Assembly (NCBI GenBank): GCA_964016885.1 | Contig: OZ024741.1 | Coordinates: 251,410,001-251,474,000, forward strand | Direction of reading: 5' to 3' | DNA length: 64,000 nt | DNA from: Eledone cirrhosa | Taxonomy: Eukaryota | Shown: piece after piece, positions 27,769-41,252 of the stretch | Layout of the letters: the number at the start of each line of letters is the position of its first letter | Position numbering within the stretch: the stretch's first letter is position 1 | Program-made: the position numbers and the translations under genes | The notes under the pieces: generated by a model | Told to the model about the DNA's origin: nothing | Database searches by the model: none | Seen by the model: the letters and a program-made list of their open reading frames with translations, nothing else

Positions 27769-27829
27769 TATTTTATCTGATGATAGCGTACCAAAATGTT
27801 GGTACCCTTGAAATATATATAATAGAATA
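27769..27829 (+). ncRNA. Minimal hammerhead ribozyme (family C)
   Basis: TATTTTAT-CTGATGA-TAGCGTACCAA-AATG-TTGGTACCCTT-GAAA-TATATA-TA-ATAGAATA. Confidence 0.8.
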
Positions 27830-27868
27830 AATATGGTTTTATAAATATAGTTTCCATTTATTTAATAT

Positions 27869-27905
<37 letters not shown>

Positions 27906-27913
<8 letters not shown>

Positions 27914-28368
27914 CGTATTTAAGAAAGCCACAACAATGCAAAGGGAAATCTCGAGGTAGGAAGTGAAATATAGATAGGAAAAACAGGTGAAAGTGAAAGT
28001 TGAGAGAGACAAAGATGAAAACAAAACAAAGGTAGAAGGGTTACCGTAGTAGAGATTTAATCCCAATATTTCGGGCTCACGCCCATCAACGGGGGAAAAG
28101 TTCCAAAAGGGGGGAAAAACAGGCCAAGCGGAGAAAGTGGTGATGTCGTTAAGACAGGAATGCCGTTTTGGAACTTTTCCCCCGTTGATGGGCGTGAGCC
28201 CGAAATATTGGGATTAAATCTCTACTACGGTAACCCTTCTACCTTTGTTTTGTTTTCATCTTTGTCTCTCTCAACTTTCACTTTCACCTGTTTTTCCTAT
28301 CTATATTTCACTTCCTACCTCGAGATTTCCCTTTGCATTGTTGTGGCTTTCTTAAATACGTATTTTTA
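27906..28368. repeat. Perfect inverted repeat, ~203-bp arms, 57-bp spacer, with degenerate HHR
   Basis: 27906-28108 is the reverse complement of 28166-28368. 28178-28213 reads TCCC-CCGTTGA-T-GGGC-GTGA-GCCC-GAAA-TA-TT-GGGA. Confidence 0.9.
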
Positions 28369-28405
28369 CACATTTCACAATGCTTCAAGCAAACTTTAAC
28401 ACCCT

Positions 28406-28465
<60 letters not shown>

Positions 28466-28657
28466 AAAAAAGTCAGGACCCGACTGCTGAGCTCCAGCCG
28501 TTTCGACAGCTAGGTCTGAGTTCAGACCTAGCTGTCAAAACGGCTGGAGCTCAGCCGTCGTGGTCCTGACTCATTTCCTATTCCCTACTCTACTACCCTA
28601 AGTATCGAGTACTCTGGTGCGTTATGGTCCACCTGGTTCTTTACCACACTTCCTTCG

Positions 28658-28808
<151 letters not shown>

Positions 28809-28815
28809 TATACAC

Positions 28816-28860
<45 letters not shown>

Positions 28861-29459
28861 TATATATATATGATGGACTCTCCTATTGTATTTCGAGGTA
28901 TGGGGGTTCAACAATCTTCTCAGTTCATTTTTTATGGATATGCCTTAAATGCCACTTCGCTCCAGATTTACACATCAATCTGTATTTTGTGCAGATGACA
29001 GAATTTCGAGTGACAAAGAATGGAATGTTTGATCGAATCTCGCTGTTAGATCTTAGATAAAGAAGATGGACCAGATAAGATTTATACCTCCATGGCTTCA
29101 TGAAATAAAAGATATGTTCACAGATTGACGATTACACAACTTAGCTATTCGTGAAGATCCAGGAATAACAATCAATTTAACATCATTGTCTCAATATTTG
29201 TAGAAATTAAATGATATAGGAGCTAATGAGGCTACTGGAGAAAAAAAAATGATCATTGCCAAGAAAGCCAAAATAAGAAAATATAGTGGACCAAAGATGC
29301 AAGGTTTCAACCAGCATTGTGAAAAGAAGACAGAAGACTTGCTCTCCATTTTTAGATATATATGATCCGAATTGACAAGATCCCAGACCTCATTCGCTTA
29401 CCAAGTGATAGTGGAAGATCTTTATTGTTTCATTTGATTATTGTACTTCAGTTTGTCTT

Positions 29460-29770
29460 TATATCTGAATAATAGTCTGCCTATATTTCATGCACCACCA
29501 TTGAGCTGACTGTACCTTGGATGTGCGGTCCTCAGTCATCCGTAGGACATAACCTGACCATCTGAGTTGGGATTGCATCAGATACTCAATAACACTGATG
29601 TCGCACCTCGTGAACAAATTGGATTTGGAGATTGTCCTTGCTCTATCAGTGATAATGCACTTTTTGACAATGTTTATGGAAGACATCAAGATTATAAACA
29701 TGGGTGCTATAAAGTATCCATGACACCAAGCCATATAACAGTGTTGTCAGTACCCCACCATGATAAACTG
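29460..29770 (-). pseudogene. Decayed RTE-clade LINE RT C-terminal fragment
   Basis: Minus-strand motifs LLYG and MQSQLRWSGYVLRMTEDRTSK (RTE 'QLRWAGHVVRM.D.R.PK'), with frameshifts. Confidence 0.65.
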
Positions 29771-30235
29771 CAACTTTCGTTTTCAGGGGTGTACCTCTGA
29801 CACCCCTTAGACAATAATGTAGTTTGCCATGATAAAGTCATGAGTTCGATTCTCGGCGGTGCGTTGTGCCCTTGAGCAAGACACTTTATTTCACATTGCT
29901 CTAGTCCATTCAGCTGGCAAAAATTAGCTGTAACTGTAATTCAAAAAGCCAGCCATGTCATATTCTGTGTCATGCTGTATGTCCCTGAGACTTTCGTTAA
30001 GGGTACACGTGTCTGTGGCATGTTTTGTTACTTGCACGGTAATTTCATGACCAGATTGTTCCTTTGATCGAATCAACTGGAACAATCCTAGCCGTAACAA
30101 TGAACTACCAGTATGTATGTATCAGGTTCTTACTTATGAAATGTCCGATTATCTTATGTACTTTCAATTTGGAATCGGACATTTCATACCTAATGACCTG
30201 ATTAGATGGTATGATAAAACTAGAATGTGTGTAAT

Positions 30236-30364
<129 letters not shown>

Positions 30365-30986
30365 AGAGAAGGAGAAGGTGGGGTGAGGAGAGAGGGGGGA
30401 GTTGGGAGAGGGGGGGAGATGAGAGGGGGGGAGGGGAGAGGTGGGGGAGAAAGAGGGGGGATATGTGGGAGAAAGAAAGAAGTGGAGAGAAAGAGAGAGG
30501 TGGGGAGAGAAAGAGAGGGGTGGGGGAGAGAAAAAGAGAGGTGGGGAGAGAAAGAGAGAGGTGGGGGAGAGAAAGAGAGAGGTGGGGGAGAGAAAAAGAG
30601 AGGTGGGGAGAGAAAGAGAGGGGTGGGGGAGAGAAAGGGAGAGAGACACCTACTGAAATAAAATAAGGAGGTTAGTAAGGTGATATTTACTTCTGTTGAT
30701 CGTTTATAACAAACTGGTCTACTAAGGGAAATAACTCAAGAGAGCCATTGACAAAAATTTAGATAAATCTGGAAACTGGTGATGTACGCAATGACGTACT
30801 CAACAAATCCTCAAATAATTTAAATTTGGCGTTTAGTTGGAGAAAGAAAACAAAACAAAAAAAAGAGCCTCATGACAATTGTTAGTGTCAAGCAATGACA
30901 AGGGGAGATAATTTCCAGAAATTAAGAATTAATTTCGCAGAAAATATAATTTTCATGTCCAGAGGTAATATTTAATGTTTGGTCTA

Positions 30987-31020
<34 letters not shown>

Positions 31021-31069
31021 GGTGGTGGTGGTGGTGGTGGTGGTGGTGGTGGTGGTGGTGGTGGTGGTG

Positions 31070-31125
<56 letters not shown>

Positions 31126-31682
31126 TGGTGCTGATGGTGTTAGCCCCCCCCCCCACCTATACCCAGGATCAACCCAAACCCAGAAGGCCTATTATAATGT
31201 AGGGTGACGAACGAACTTAAGCTTGGCTGTTCATCTTTCAGCGGCTGACATAATATGGAGTGTGTATGTGAGAGAGAGAGAGAGTGTGTGCGTGTTTGTG
31301 TGTGAATATGGAGTGTGTATGTGTGAGAGAGAGAGTGCGTGCATGTTTGTGTGTGAATATGTGTAAGCATGTTTGTGTGTGTGAATGTGTGACTTTGTAT
31401 GTGTGTATGCATGACTGCGTGTGTGTGTGTATATGTGTTGTAATAGCGTTCAGTATTTAGTTATGTCCCCTTATTTGTTAGTACAAACATACATGAATAG
31501 ATACATGTAATGTACATGTGCGTATGTATGTATATACGTATGTATGCATGTGCGTATGTATGTGTGTATGTCTGTTTGAATGTATGTATGTGTGCATGTC
31601 TGTATATATGTATGTATGTATGCATGCAAGTAAGTATGAATATATGTATACACGTATGTATATATACATAAATTTACGTCTA

Positions 31683-31717
<35 letters not shown>

Positions 31718-31826
31718 GTGTATGTGTATGTATGTGTGTATGTATGTATATATGTATGTATGCAAGTAAGTATGAATATATATATATATATTTTTTTTTA
31801 TATACATATATATAAATTTAAGTCTA

Positions 31827-31859
<33 letters not shown>

Positions 31860-32130
31860 ATATGTATGTATGTATGTATGTATGTGTGTATGTCTGTTTT
31901 TATATATGTATGTGTGTATGTCTGTATATATATATATGTATGTATATATGCATGTCTGTCTATATGTATGAACTAACAAGTAAAGGGACATAACACAGAA
32001 TGTCATTAGTTTGCCACAAGGCCCCATATTTTGTTCAAATCGATTAACTATAATCAATTAACTGATTTTTTAAACACTAGGATCACTTTCATTGATTTGT
32101 TTAAATTATATTGATAACTTAAAAGACTTT

Positions 32131-32177
<47 letters not shown>

Positions 32178-32509
32178 CCATTGCCACTCTGCTTCCATCT
32201 CTGACTCTTTCTCTTTATCTCGCTCTCTTTCTATCCCCCTCTCTCTCTTTCCCAGTCGTTCTCTCTCTCTTCTCTCACCATTTTACTCACCTCAGCTCTC
32301 TCAATCTCTCACTCTCTCTCTCACTCTCTCTCTCACTCTCTCTCTCTCTCTCTCTCACTCTCTCACTCTCTCCCAGTGTTATGTTAGTGCCGTAGGTTCT
32401 ATACACATTAGAATGAATCAATCTGTGCATGTGTATGTGGAGAGAGAATGTGAGAACATCTTTGCATATGTGCGTGAATGTTAGAGAGAGGAGGGGTGGG
32501 GAGAGGGGG

Positions 32510-32518
32510 GAGAGACCA

Positions 32519-32555
<37 letters not shown>

Positions 32556-32594
32556 ATGTGTATGAGAGAGAGAGAGAGAGACCATGTGTGTGTG

Positions 32595-32629
<35 letters not shown>

Positions 32630-32658
32630 ATGTGTGTGTGAGAGAGAGAGGGAGACCA

Positions 32659-32689
<31 letters not shown>

Positions 32690-33016
32690 TCATGTGTGTG
32701 TGTGAGAGAAACCATGTGTGCGTGAGAGAGAGAGAGACCATGTGTGTGTGAGAGAGAGAGAGACCATGTGTGAGAGAGAGAGAGAGAGAGAGAGATCATG
32801 TGTGCGTGAGAGAGAGATTTGTGTGCGTGAGAGAGAGAGAGAGACCATGTGTGTGTGTGAGAGAGACCATGTGTGTGTAAGAGAGAGAGAGACCATGTGT
32901 GTGTGAGAGAGATTTGTGTGCGTGAGAGAGAGAGAGAGATCATGTGTGTGTGTGAGAGAGACCATGTGTGTGTAAGAGAGAGAGAGACCATGTGTGTGTG
33001 AGAGAGAGAGAGACCA

Positions 33017-33047
<31 letters not shown>

Positions 33048-33339
33048 TCATGTGTGTGTGTGAGAGAGACCATGTGTGTGTAAGAGAGAGATTTGTGTGT
33101 GTGTGAGAGAGAGAGAGACCATGTGTGTGTGAGAGAGAGAGAGACCATGTGTGTGTAAGAGAGATTTGTGTGTGTGTGAGAGAGAGAGAGAGACCATGTG
33201 TGTGTGTGAGAGAGACCATGTGTGTGTAAGAGAGAGAGAGACCATGTGTGTGTGAGAGAGAGAGAGACCATGTGAGAGAGAGAGAGAGAGAGATCATGTG
33301 TGTGTGTGAGAGAGACCATGTGTGTGTAAGAGAGAGATT

Positions 33340-33373
<34 letters not shown>

Positions 33374-33390
33374 CATGTGTGTGTGAGAGT
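32510..33390. repeat. Composite minisatellite (GA)n-CCATG/TCATG/TTTG-(TG)n
   Basis: Dozens of alternating GA and TG runs joined by CCAT, TCAT or TTT linkers. Confidence 0.9.
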
Positions 33391-35372
33391 GAGATTATGT
33401 GTGTGTATGTATGTGAGAGAGAGCGAGTGTGTGTCTCTGTATGTGAAAGAGAGGGAGAGAGAGACAGTGTGTGTGTATGTGTGTGAGAGAGCGAGTGTGT
33501 GTGTATGTGTGTATGTGTGTGAGAGAGCGAGTGTGATGTGTGCGTGAGAGAGAGAGGGAGAGTATGTGTGTATGTATGTGAGAGGGAGAGTATATGTGTA
33601 TGTATGTGAGAGGGAGTGTGTGTGTATGTGAGAGAAAGAGAGAGTATGTGTATGAGAGAGAGAGAGAGAGTATGTGTATATGAGAGAGAGAGAGAGAGAG
33701 AAGTGGAATGTCTGATGACGAAGTGTGGAAAGATCCACTGTAAAAAGGTAGGGTGGTGGTTACCAAGTGGAGGTATATTAGTCAGTCATATATAATGTTA
33801 TAGTCATAGATTTGATATGTCAGAAGAAATAAAAAGATGGTCACGACTGGAACGTCTTTAGTCATAGATTCAGTGGATCAGGACTAACATCTCAAGATTA
33901 AACAATAACAGCAACAACAACAAAAGAAAGATACTTTGTATAAGGTAGTCCTAGATAGACTACACCTGAATGTGGACACAGCATGGGTGACTGGTTAAGA
34001 AGTTCTCTTTGTAATCATTAGGTCCCAGGTTAAATCCAACTGCATGCCACCTTGGGCAAGTGTCAGTTATGATAGCCTAAGGTTGAGTCATGCCTTGTGA
34101 GTGAAATTGATAGACAGAAGCTGTTTTGTTGGATGGACTGTAATTGTAATAAAAAAAACCCAGCCTAGGTTCTGAGTTTGATCCCATTTAACATAGCCTT
34201 TAGTCGGAGGGTGGGGTGATTAAATTAACCCTATTGCATTACTGCTACTTTATTTTATCAAACCCGTAAGGATGAGATTTGAACTCAGAACATAAAGGGC
34301 TGTACAGAAAAAACAAAACTTCTGTCTTGTGAGTGAAATTTAGTAAAGAGAAACTGTTTGGAAGCCCAGTGGATGGATTGTACTTGTAATTCAATGGACC
34401 CAGCCTTGTCACACACAATGTCATGTTGAATTTCTCCAAGAATTATATTCAGAGGATATGTGTCTGTAGAATGCTCAGCCATTTACATGCTTATTTCAGG
34501 AACAACTACAACACTCATCATTGAAACCAACTGAGGTCCATTCCATAGCTGTGTAAGGGACTGAATATTGACACTGTGAAGATCTATGGTCAAAGGTATA
34601 CCAGATCAAGACTTGTGGCTGGGTGATAAACAATAACAACAAGAATAAGATCTTACCACTTGACCTCTTTCAAATTAAGAGCAAATCTCCCTAAAATGAC
34701 ACCCAAAGCTGGTTTAACTATATATATATATAAATAATTTTTTTTTACATCAATTGGCAAGTTTCCAGACATCATTCGCTTACTGAGTGAGGTGGAACTT
34801 GTTAAATCAGACCAAGGAAATAATGTTTCCATTGGTCTTTCTATTGCTGATGCAACTCCTGGCAGAAAGAACAACGTGAAATGAAGTGTCTTGCTGAAGG
34901 ACATCAAGGACACATTGCAGGATCTGGGAAGTAAACTTGCAACCTCATGATGGTGAATCCAATTCTCTAACCACTAAGCTACGTGCCTTCATGTGAAGAA
35001 TTAACTATTAAACAAATAAACACATGCTTAGGACATCAAGAAAAGAGAAGCACCATTATATTAAAATTAATTATATTTGTCATTTTAAAAAATGTTTGCA
35101 GGCTTTGTATATGAGGAGCAGCATGATTTTTTTAGGCACTAAGGACCTTAAAAGGACTTCATTCAGCCTTTATATCACAACCTATAGTTTAAATATATAT
35201 ACATGAAGGATACAGTGACGAATATAGTCATAAATATGGCAGCGAATTGGAAGTAATTAGAGTGTCAGATAATATGCTTTGCAGAATTTATTCTAGTTTT
35301 CTGAGCTCTGTGTTCAACTGTCTTTCATCCTTTCAGAGTCCAGAAGTAAAGTACCCATCTTCTACTGGAGTT

Positions 35373-35477
<105 letters not shown>

Positions 35478-36048
35478 TCCATTTTCTTCCCCCCCCCTCT
35501 CTCTCTCTTGTTCTCATGTTCTCACTCCTTGTCTCTTTTTCTCTCTTGTAAATATGTGCTGCACTCAAACTGTGTAAGGGATGGGTTCCATCACATTTAA
35601 AATGTCCAAGACTCTCTGTATGTCATAACAACATATCTTTGATTTGATTCCATCATTGGTGTAAAGGACTGTTGGCATTTGACTTTCTCTTGGAGAATAT
35701 CCATGGCATAAAGAGATGTGTGCATGTATGTGTCTGTGTATGTGTGTATGTATGCGTGTGCGTGCTTGCATGTAAATGCATTTATGGATTTCTGTTTTTG
35801 AAAATTGACAGAAATGGCAGAGAGATGTAAAGGGGAAGTAAGTTTCCATGGTTGAAGATATGCTCTGATGTCATATACCTAGCACACAAATGATCAATAA
35901 TGCAAATACCAGTAATATAGTGGTGACTCTAATCCTATATTCTGTCTGAGAAAGTACAACAGCAGGCCTGAACTTTCACCTGTTGAGACTCTGACCTATA
36001 TGAAATTTAAGACCCATCTCTAAAACATTTGGGTAAAAAATTTAATAC

Positions 36049-36090
<42 letters not shown>

Positions 36091-36253
36091 CATTATTATC
36101 ATTATTTTTATATAAATGTTAATGATAAAGAATAAATTATATATATATATATATATATCCAAAATTAAATTAAGGTTGTCATGTCTGAGAGGCATGCGCC
36201 ATATTCACTGCAGAATAAGATCAAAGATTCCAATGAATAGATCCAAGCATTTT

Positions 36254-36839
36254 ATATCAACTAGAAATAGATTGACACATATATATATATATAAAATAAA
36301 CACATGAAACAATCTCGGAATAATTTGTAAAGTGTGTAAGCACACATAGCTAGGTAGGTAACTAATTAAAGTTAAACAAGAACTTCAAATATAGATACCT
36401 TTTAAAATGATTAATCTCCTTTGTATATATTGAATGGACTCGGCTGCTATTTCTAGCTGTCGATAATCCTATTCACGCCACTGGGATGATGCGGTGCGAT
36501 GTCTGTATTTTTTTATAAAATGCAACACGTGGTTTGAGTCATTCACAGATTTGCATTTGCCGTGTAAACGCAGATGGTTGGATCTTCTCCTTTGGTGACC
36601 ATCCAGGATTTGACCGTTGTGATTTACTGGTTAATTGGTAAAATATATTTTTTATTTAAAGAAATATATACAAAGGAGATTAATCATTTTAAAAGGTATC
36701 TAGATTTGAAGTTCTAGTTAAACTTTAATTAGTTACCTACCTAGCTATGTGTGCTTACACACTTTACAAATTATTCCCTGAGATTGTTTCATGTGTTTAT
36801 TTTATATATATATGTATCAATCTATTTCTAGTTGATATA
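36254..36839. repeat. Inverted repeat, ~175-bp arms, ~235-bp spacer
   Basis: ATATCAACTAGAAATAGATTG...TCTCCTTTGTATAT mirrored by ATATACAAAGGAGA...CAATCTATTTCTAGTTGATAT. Confidence 0.88.
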
Positions 36840-36857
36840 TATATACATATACATATA

Positions 36858-36958
36858 CAGGGTCTCCCCAAAAAACTGTATACACACTTTGATTACCTGT
36901 ACAGGCAATATTTATTAGAATGCTGTTGAAGTGCGTATATATTTTGGGGGACACTCTG
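36858..36958. mobile_element. Tc1/mariner-type MITE (related copy at ~55810-55884)
   Basis: TA-CAGGGTCTCCCCAAAAAA...TTTTGGGGGACACTCTG-TA: TIR with TA TSD. Confidence 0.65.
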
Positions 36959-37229
36959 TATATATATATATTGTTTACCTTTTACATACATTTATATATA
37001 TCAACGCTTACGTGGACCTCTCAAAATTTGTTGGATTTTCTGATTGGACTTTTACCTCGAAACTGGATACCAACCCAGAGTACACCTGAACTTCCACCAG
37101 GAAATCTTTCGTATCTTTGAAATTTTCTTTGCTTCTTGCATTTAAATATTCCACGACTCTCTACCACTTTTACTCTACTACATTTTTCTCAGCCGTCTAT
37201 TTTTCACTCCCACCCTATTTCTCATTCTT

Positions 37230-37265
37230 TCTTCTGATGAAGGACTAGCGTCCGAAACGTTAAGA
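37230..37265 (+). ncRNA. Minimal hammerhead ribozyme (family F)
   Basis: TCTT-CTGATGA-A-GGAC-TAGC-GTCC-GAAA-CG-TT-AAGA. 4-bp stems I and II, CG stem III. Confidence 0.8.
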
Positions 37266-38608
37266 CCCTCTTCCTGCTATATCAAAAGGTAACCTAATAT
37301 ATACCTTCCATATACTGTACCGATTGTGTTGTTATTTCTGTTTACCTTTTACATACACATATATATATATATATATATATAATTTTTTAATGATTTAGTG
37401 TTAAAGAATAAAAACTAATGATAAAATAAAAAATATATTTTAAACAATGAAGGGTGTGTGGCCCTAAGCTATAGCTTATTTAGCTTAAAGGTAAGTCCAC
37501 AACAGCCAACATTTCCACTATAATTTGCCAATATCCAACACGATAAGCATTCATTTGTTCTGCTAGAAACAGCAGCTAAATAAATATCATTCAAACAATG
37601 GACTACAGTTTTAAAATATGGAAACTTTAGTCTAGAATAAAAGACCTTTGCTACCATCTGTTTGTTCTATGTCCATCTTTTGATGCAAACAGAGGCTGAG
37701 CAGAAGTCAAAGCTTATTTCCGGTTTCATGTGGCACTAAATGACTGAGGATTCAAGACATGTGTTAAACAACTGAAAGTACGGACATATTGCAAGAAGCA
37801 ACTGAAGGTACAAGACATGTGGTGATAAATGGATAAAGATACATTTAAAGTTACATTAATCCATTAAAAGCCCACTATGACCATATTGTGGTGTTAAACA
37901 GAGAGACTGATATTGTCTACTTTTCAAAAATAGTAACTTACAGGTTTCAACAGAGTTTTTGATTACTACTTACAAGGCTTTGGTTGACCTGAGGTCATGC
38001 CGAAATATTAAGCCTGAAACCATAGTAGTGAAACAAACTGCTTAACTTCACTGCTATGCCTGATAATAGAACAGCTGGATCTGTCATGGTAAAATAAAAT
38101 ATCAGTAAAGTATAGGGTCAATTCCATGTTTCTTTAAGGCATAGCAAATGTGAATGGACTTATAAAAGATGTAACACTGAGGCTAAATACTTTTTCATAA
38201 TACAGTCAGAAAAGTCAGAACAGTAACTAGAATTGGCATAGTTGTGTGAGTAACAAGTTCAGTTGACATCTATGTGGTTTTGAGACCAATCTCACTATGA
38301 AGCATCTTGAGTAAGGGTTTTCTACTGTTGATTTGGGTCAGCCAAAATCAAGTGGGTTACATTATAGAGGTTCATTCATTGGAATGAACATTCATGTTTT
38401 TGGAGGTAAACTTGATAATTCTAGCATTGTTGAAGGAAGCCAATACACCACCAAGGGATAGCAAGTGGTACCTTAAATTACAAGATTTTAATGAGATGAC
38501 CATCGTGCCAAGCAATCCATAAAAAGGGGGCTGAAAACACAACTAGTGCTCTACAGATCTACACTGAAATAATTCTTCTCCGAAGATTGATGTCCACACA
38601 ACAACAGT

Positions 38609-38900
38609 GTGTGTTCATTAACTAATTGCTCAATCAGCAATGTGAATATGTGCCTGAGGTCTTATGTGGTGTACAAAATAATATATAAAACATCTGGTGG
38701 CTCATACACTGGAAACATTATCCACAAGAACGCATTCAAACAAGTTCTTCTTTTATTAAAAATTCACCTACAGCAATATCACATCCATTTTATCAAAGTC
38801 ACCATTGAAGCCACAGAACAAAACATCAGAATCTTAAGAATCAAAGAAGCAAGATTCATCAATTGAGTAAGATGTTCTATTAACAACAAACATGAATTAC
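38609..38900 (+). pseudogene. Decayed Penelope-like GIY-YIG endonuclease C-terminus
   Basis: VVYKIIYKTSGGSYTG (VVY.I.C..C...YIG motif) ... VTIEATEQNIRILRIKEARFIN*VRCSINNKHEL (PLE '.R.I.EA..I....P.IN'). Stop codon and probable indels. Confidence 0.65.
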
Positions 38901-39115
38901 ATGAAGCTGACTGTCTTTTGCAACTATACTAGCCTGCACATGTCACCTCTCTCCCAACACCATATATTTGTGTGAAGGCACCATTATCACACACCATCTA
39001 CTCTTTCTTTAAAAAGGGGGCTTAATTCAGAAATGTTATTGAAAATTAAGTAAAAAATGTAAACTGTTGTTTTGTCTTAATTTACTCCCACTTTCATTCT
39101 TTTATTTCTTACTAG

Positions 39116-39530
39116 AGCGGTGGATTTGGCAGTTGTTAGTGTTGGACAATTGCTTCACAGGACTTTAAGTCCTAAAGTTCAAACCTCGCAGAGGTCAGTT
39201 TTGTCTTTCATTCTTCCATGGCTGATAAAATAAAGTACTAATAAAATACTGAGGTCGATATAACTGACTTCTCCCATCCACTAAATTACTGGCTTTATGC
39301 TTATGCTAAGAATAATGGTTTCTTATTTAGGCACAAGGTCAACAATTTTTGGAGGAGAGGAAAGTTGATTAAATCGACCCCAGTGCATGACTGGTACTTT
39401 ATGTTAATGACTCTGTAAGGATGAAAGGCAAAGCTAACCTCAGCGAGATTTGAATTCAGAAAGTAAAGGGGCGTAACTCTATGCCGTGAAGCAGGGTGTC
39501 CGATACTCTACCGATACTGCTAATCCACAA
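39116..39530. mobile_element. Two family-1 SINEs tail-to-tail (39116-39312 +, 39316-39530 -)
   Basis: AGCGGTGGATTTGGCAG...GATAAAATAAAGTAC, followed by the reverse-orientation copy. Confidence 0.75.
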
Positions 39531-40079
39531 TAATTACATTTCTAACATGGCTTTCCTTAAACAATTTTAAATACATATCTTACAATGCCTCATACTAACT
39601 AACTATTTATTGAGCTAACTAACTAAATAAATGCAGCCATTATGTATGTATGAATGTATGTATGTATGTGTGTGTCTGTCTAAAACGGTCAATGACATTA
39701 ACTTGGATGTAAAATCATCCAGATTAAACCAAAGCCAACCAAGAACTCAAGCAAATGTCATACAATCAAACCTAATCACCAGATCTTGACTGCTCAAGGA
39801 AGAATTAAACCCGGCATGACTTTCTATGTTCCCACCTCCCAATAAACCAACCATCAACCAGACACCAATGACTGGTATGTGGATGATAGATGCCATCAGG
39901 CTACATTACAGCGTGGACTGTGTGTTTTTTTGTTTTAACACCTACACGACCTCATTAGTTTGGACTGGATGTTGCGGTACCAACATAACTTTACATTGAA
40001 AGGGGTGGTGTGGATGAGGTGGGGGTAGTGGGACGGGGGTGTATTTTTGTTAGAGGTGCCTACTAACTGTAGGTTTCGC

Positions 40080-40825
40080 TTTGTACTTAGGCAAGGCGGG
40101 TCTTCTGTATGACTGTGTAGCGCCAAATATCTCGGTCCAGTGACATTGTCTTGGAGAGGTGTCAGTGTGTGAGGTCGGAATTTATCAAGTCGTCCCAGGT
40201 TTTTCTGGGTCTGCCTACTCCATGGCTACCGTCTATTTTTATCACCCTGCACTTTTTTATACAGCTGTCGTCTTTCATGCGCATCATGTGACCGTACCAA
40301 CGTAGTCTTCTCTCGAGTAAACAACATCTGATCCCTCTTATTCCTAATTTCTCCCTTAGTTCGTTTATGCTTTGCCGTTCACGTATATTACTATTACACA
40401 TCCATCGGAGCATGCAAGCTTCGTTCCTCTCCAGTCTGCATATATCCTCTGCACACAATGCCCAAGTCTCACTGCCATGTAACATTGCTGTTCGTATACA
40501 AGCATCATACAGCCTGCCTTTCATTTTTAGAGAGAACCCTTTAGCGGCCAACAGCGGTATAGGCTCTCTGAACTTTTTCCATCCAGTTCTGACTCTGGTT
40601 ACTGTACTTTCAGAGCACCCTCCACTGATTTTGTCACCCAGGTAACGGAAGGTGTCCACTATTTCTATAGAACCATCTGTGCAATGGAATGAGCTAGTAT
40701 CGTGTGGGCACATGCTGCTACTTATTGCACCTGAGCACCGGCCACATATAAAATCTATATTCTTAGTTAGCTTACCTCTGATCCCACTACATCTTTTATG
40801 CACCCATACTTTGCATTTGGGACAT

Positions 40826-40826
<1 letters not shown>
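40080..40826 (-). mobile_element. 5'-truncated RTE-clade LINE (RT thumb/C-terminus)
   Basis: ORF 40162..40884(-): FRYLG, AMLHGSETW, RRLRWYGHMMRM, GRPRKTW, preceded by CPKCKVWVHKRC...CGRC. The 5' end abuts (TA)n. Confidence 0.9.
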
Positions 40827-40881
<55 letters not shown>

Positions 40882-41043
40882 CAAAAGGATATTTAATTTG
40901 TTGGCAATTCAACAAATATATATATTTATAACTGATTCGAAGCACTCAACAGTTTTTTTCTGGAATATAATATCTATCCAGGTAAAACTTGAACCGTTAA
41001 GGTCTCGTTCCTGGATATGTCAATATTTATAAAACAAACTTTG

Positions 41044-41104
41044 TATTTTATCTGATGAGAGCGTTCCAAAGTTTTGGTACCCTTGAAATATATATTATAG
41101 AATA
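41044..41104 (+). ncRNA. Minimal hammerhead ribozyme (family C)
   Basis: TATTTTAT-CTGATGA-GAGCGTTCCAA-AGTT-TTGGTACCCTT-GAAA-TATATA-TT-ATAGAATA. Confidence 0.8.
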
Positions 41105-41193
41105 GATATAATTTCATAAATATAGTTTCCATTTATTAATATCATTGATATATATATATATATATATATATATAGAAAGAGAGAGAGAGAAAA

Positions 41194-41252
<59 letters not shown>

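Noticed and set aside
32287-33738. 483-aa ORF
   Set aside because: Read-through of the (GA)n/(TG)n composite minisatellite.
33711-33740. CTGATGA...GAAAGATC hammerhead-like string
   Set aside because: No stem I and only a 2-bp stem II; probably chance.
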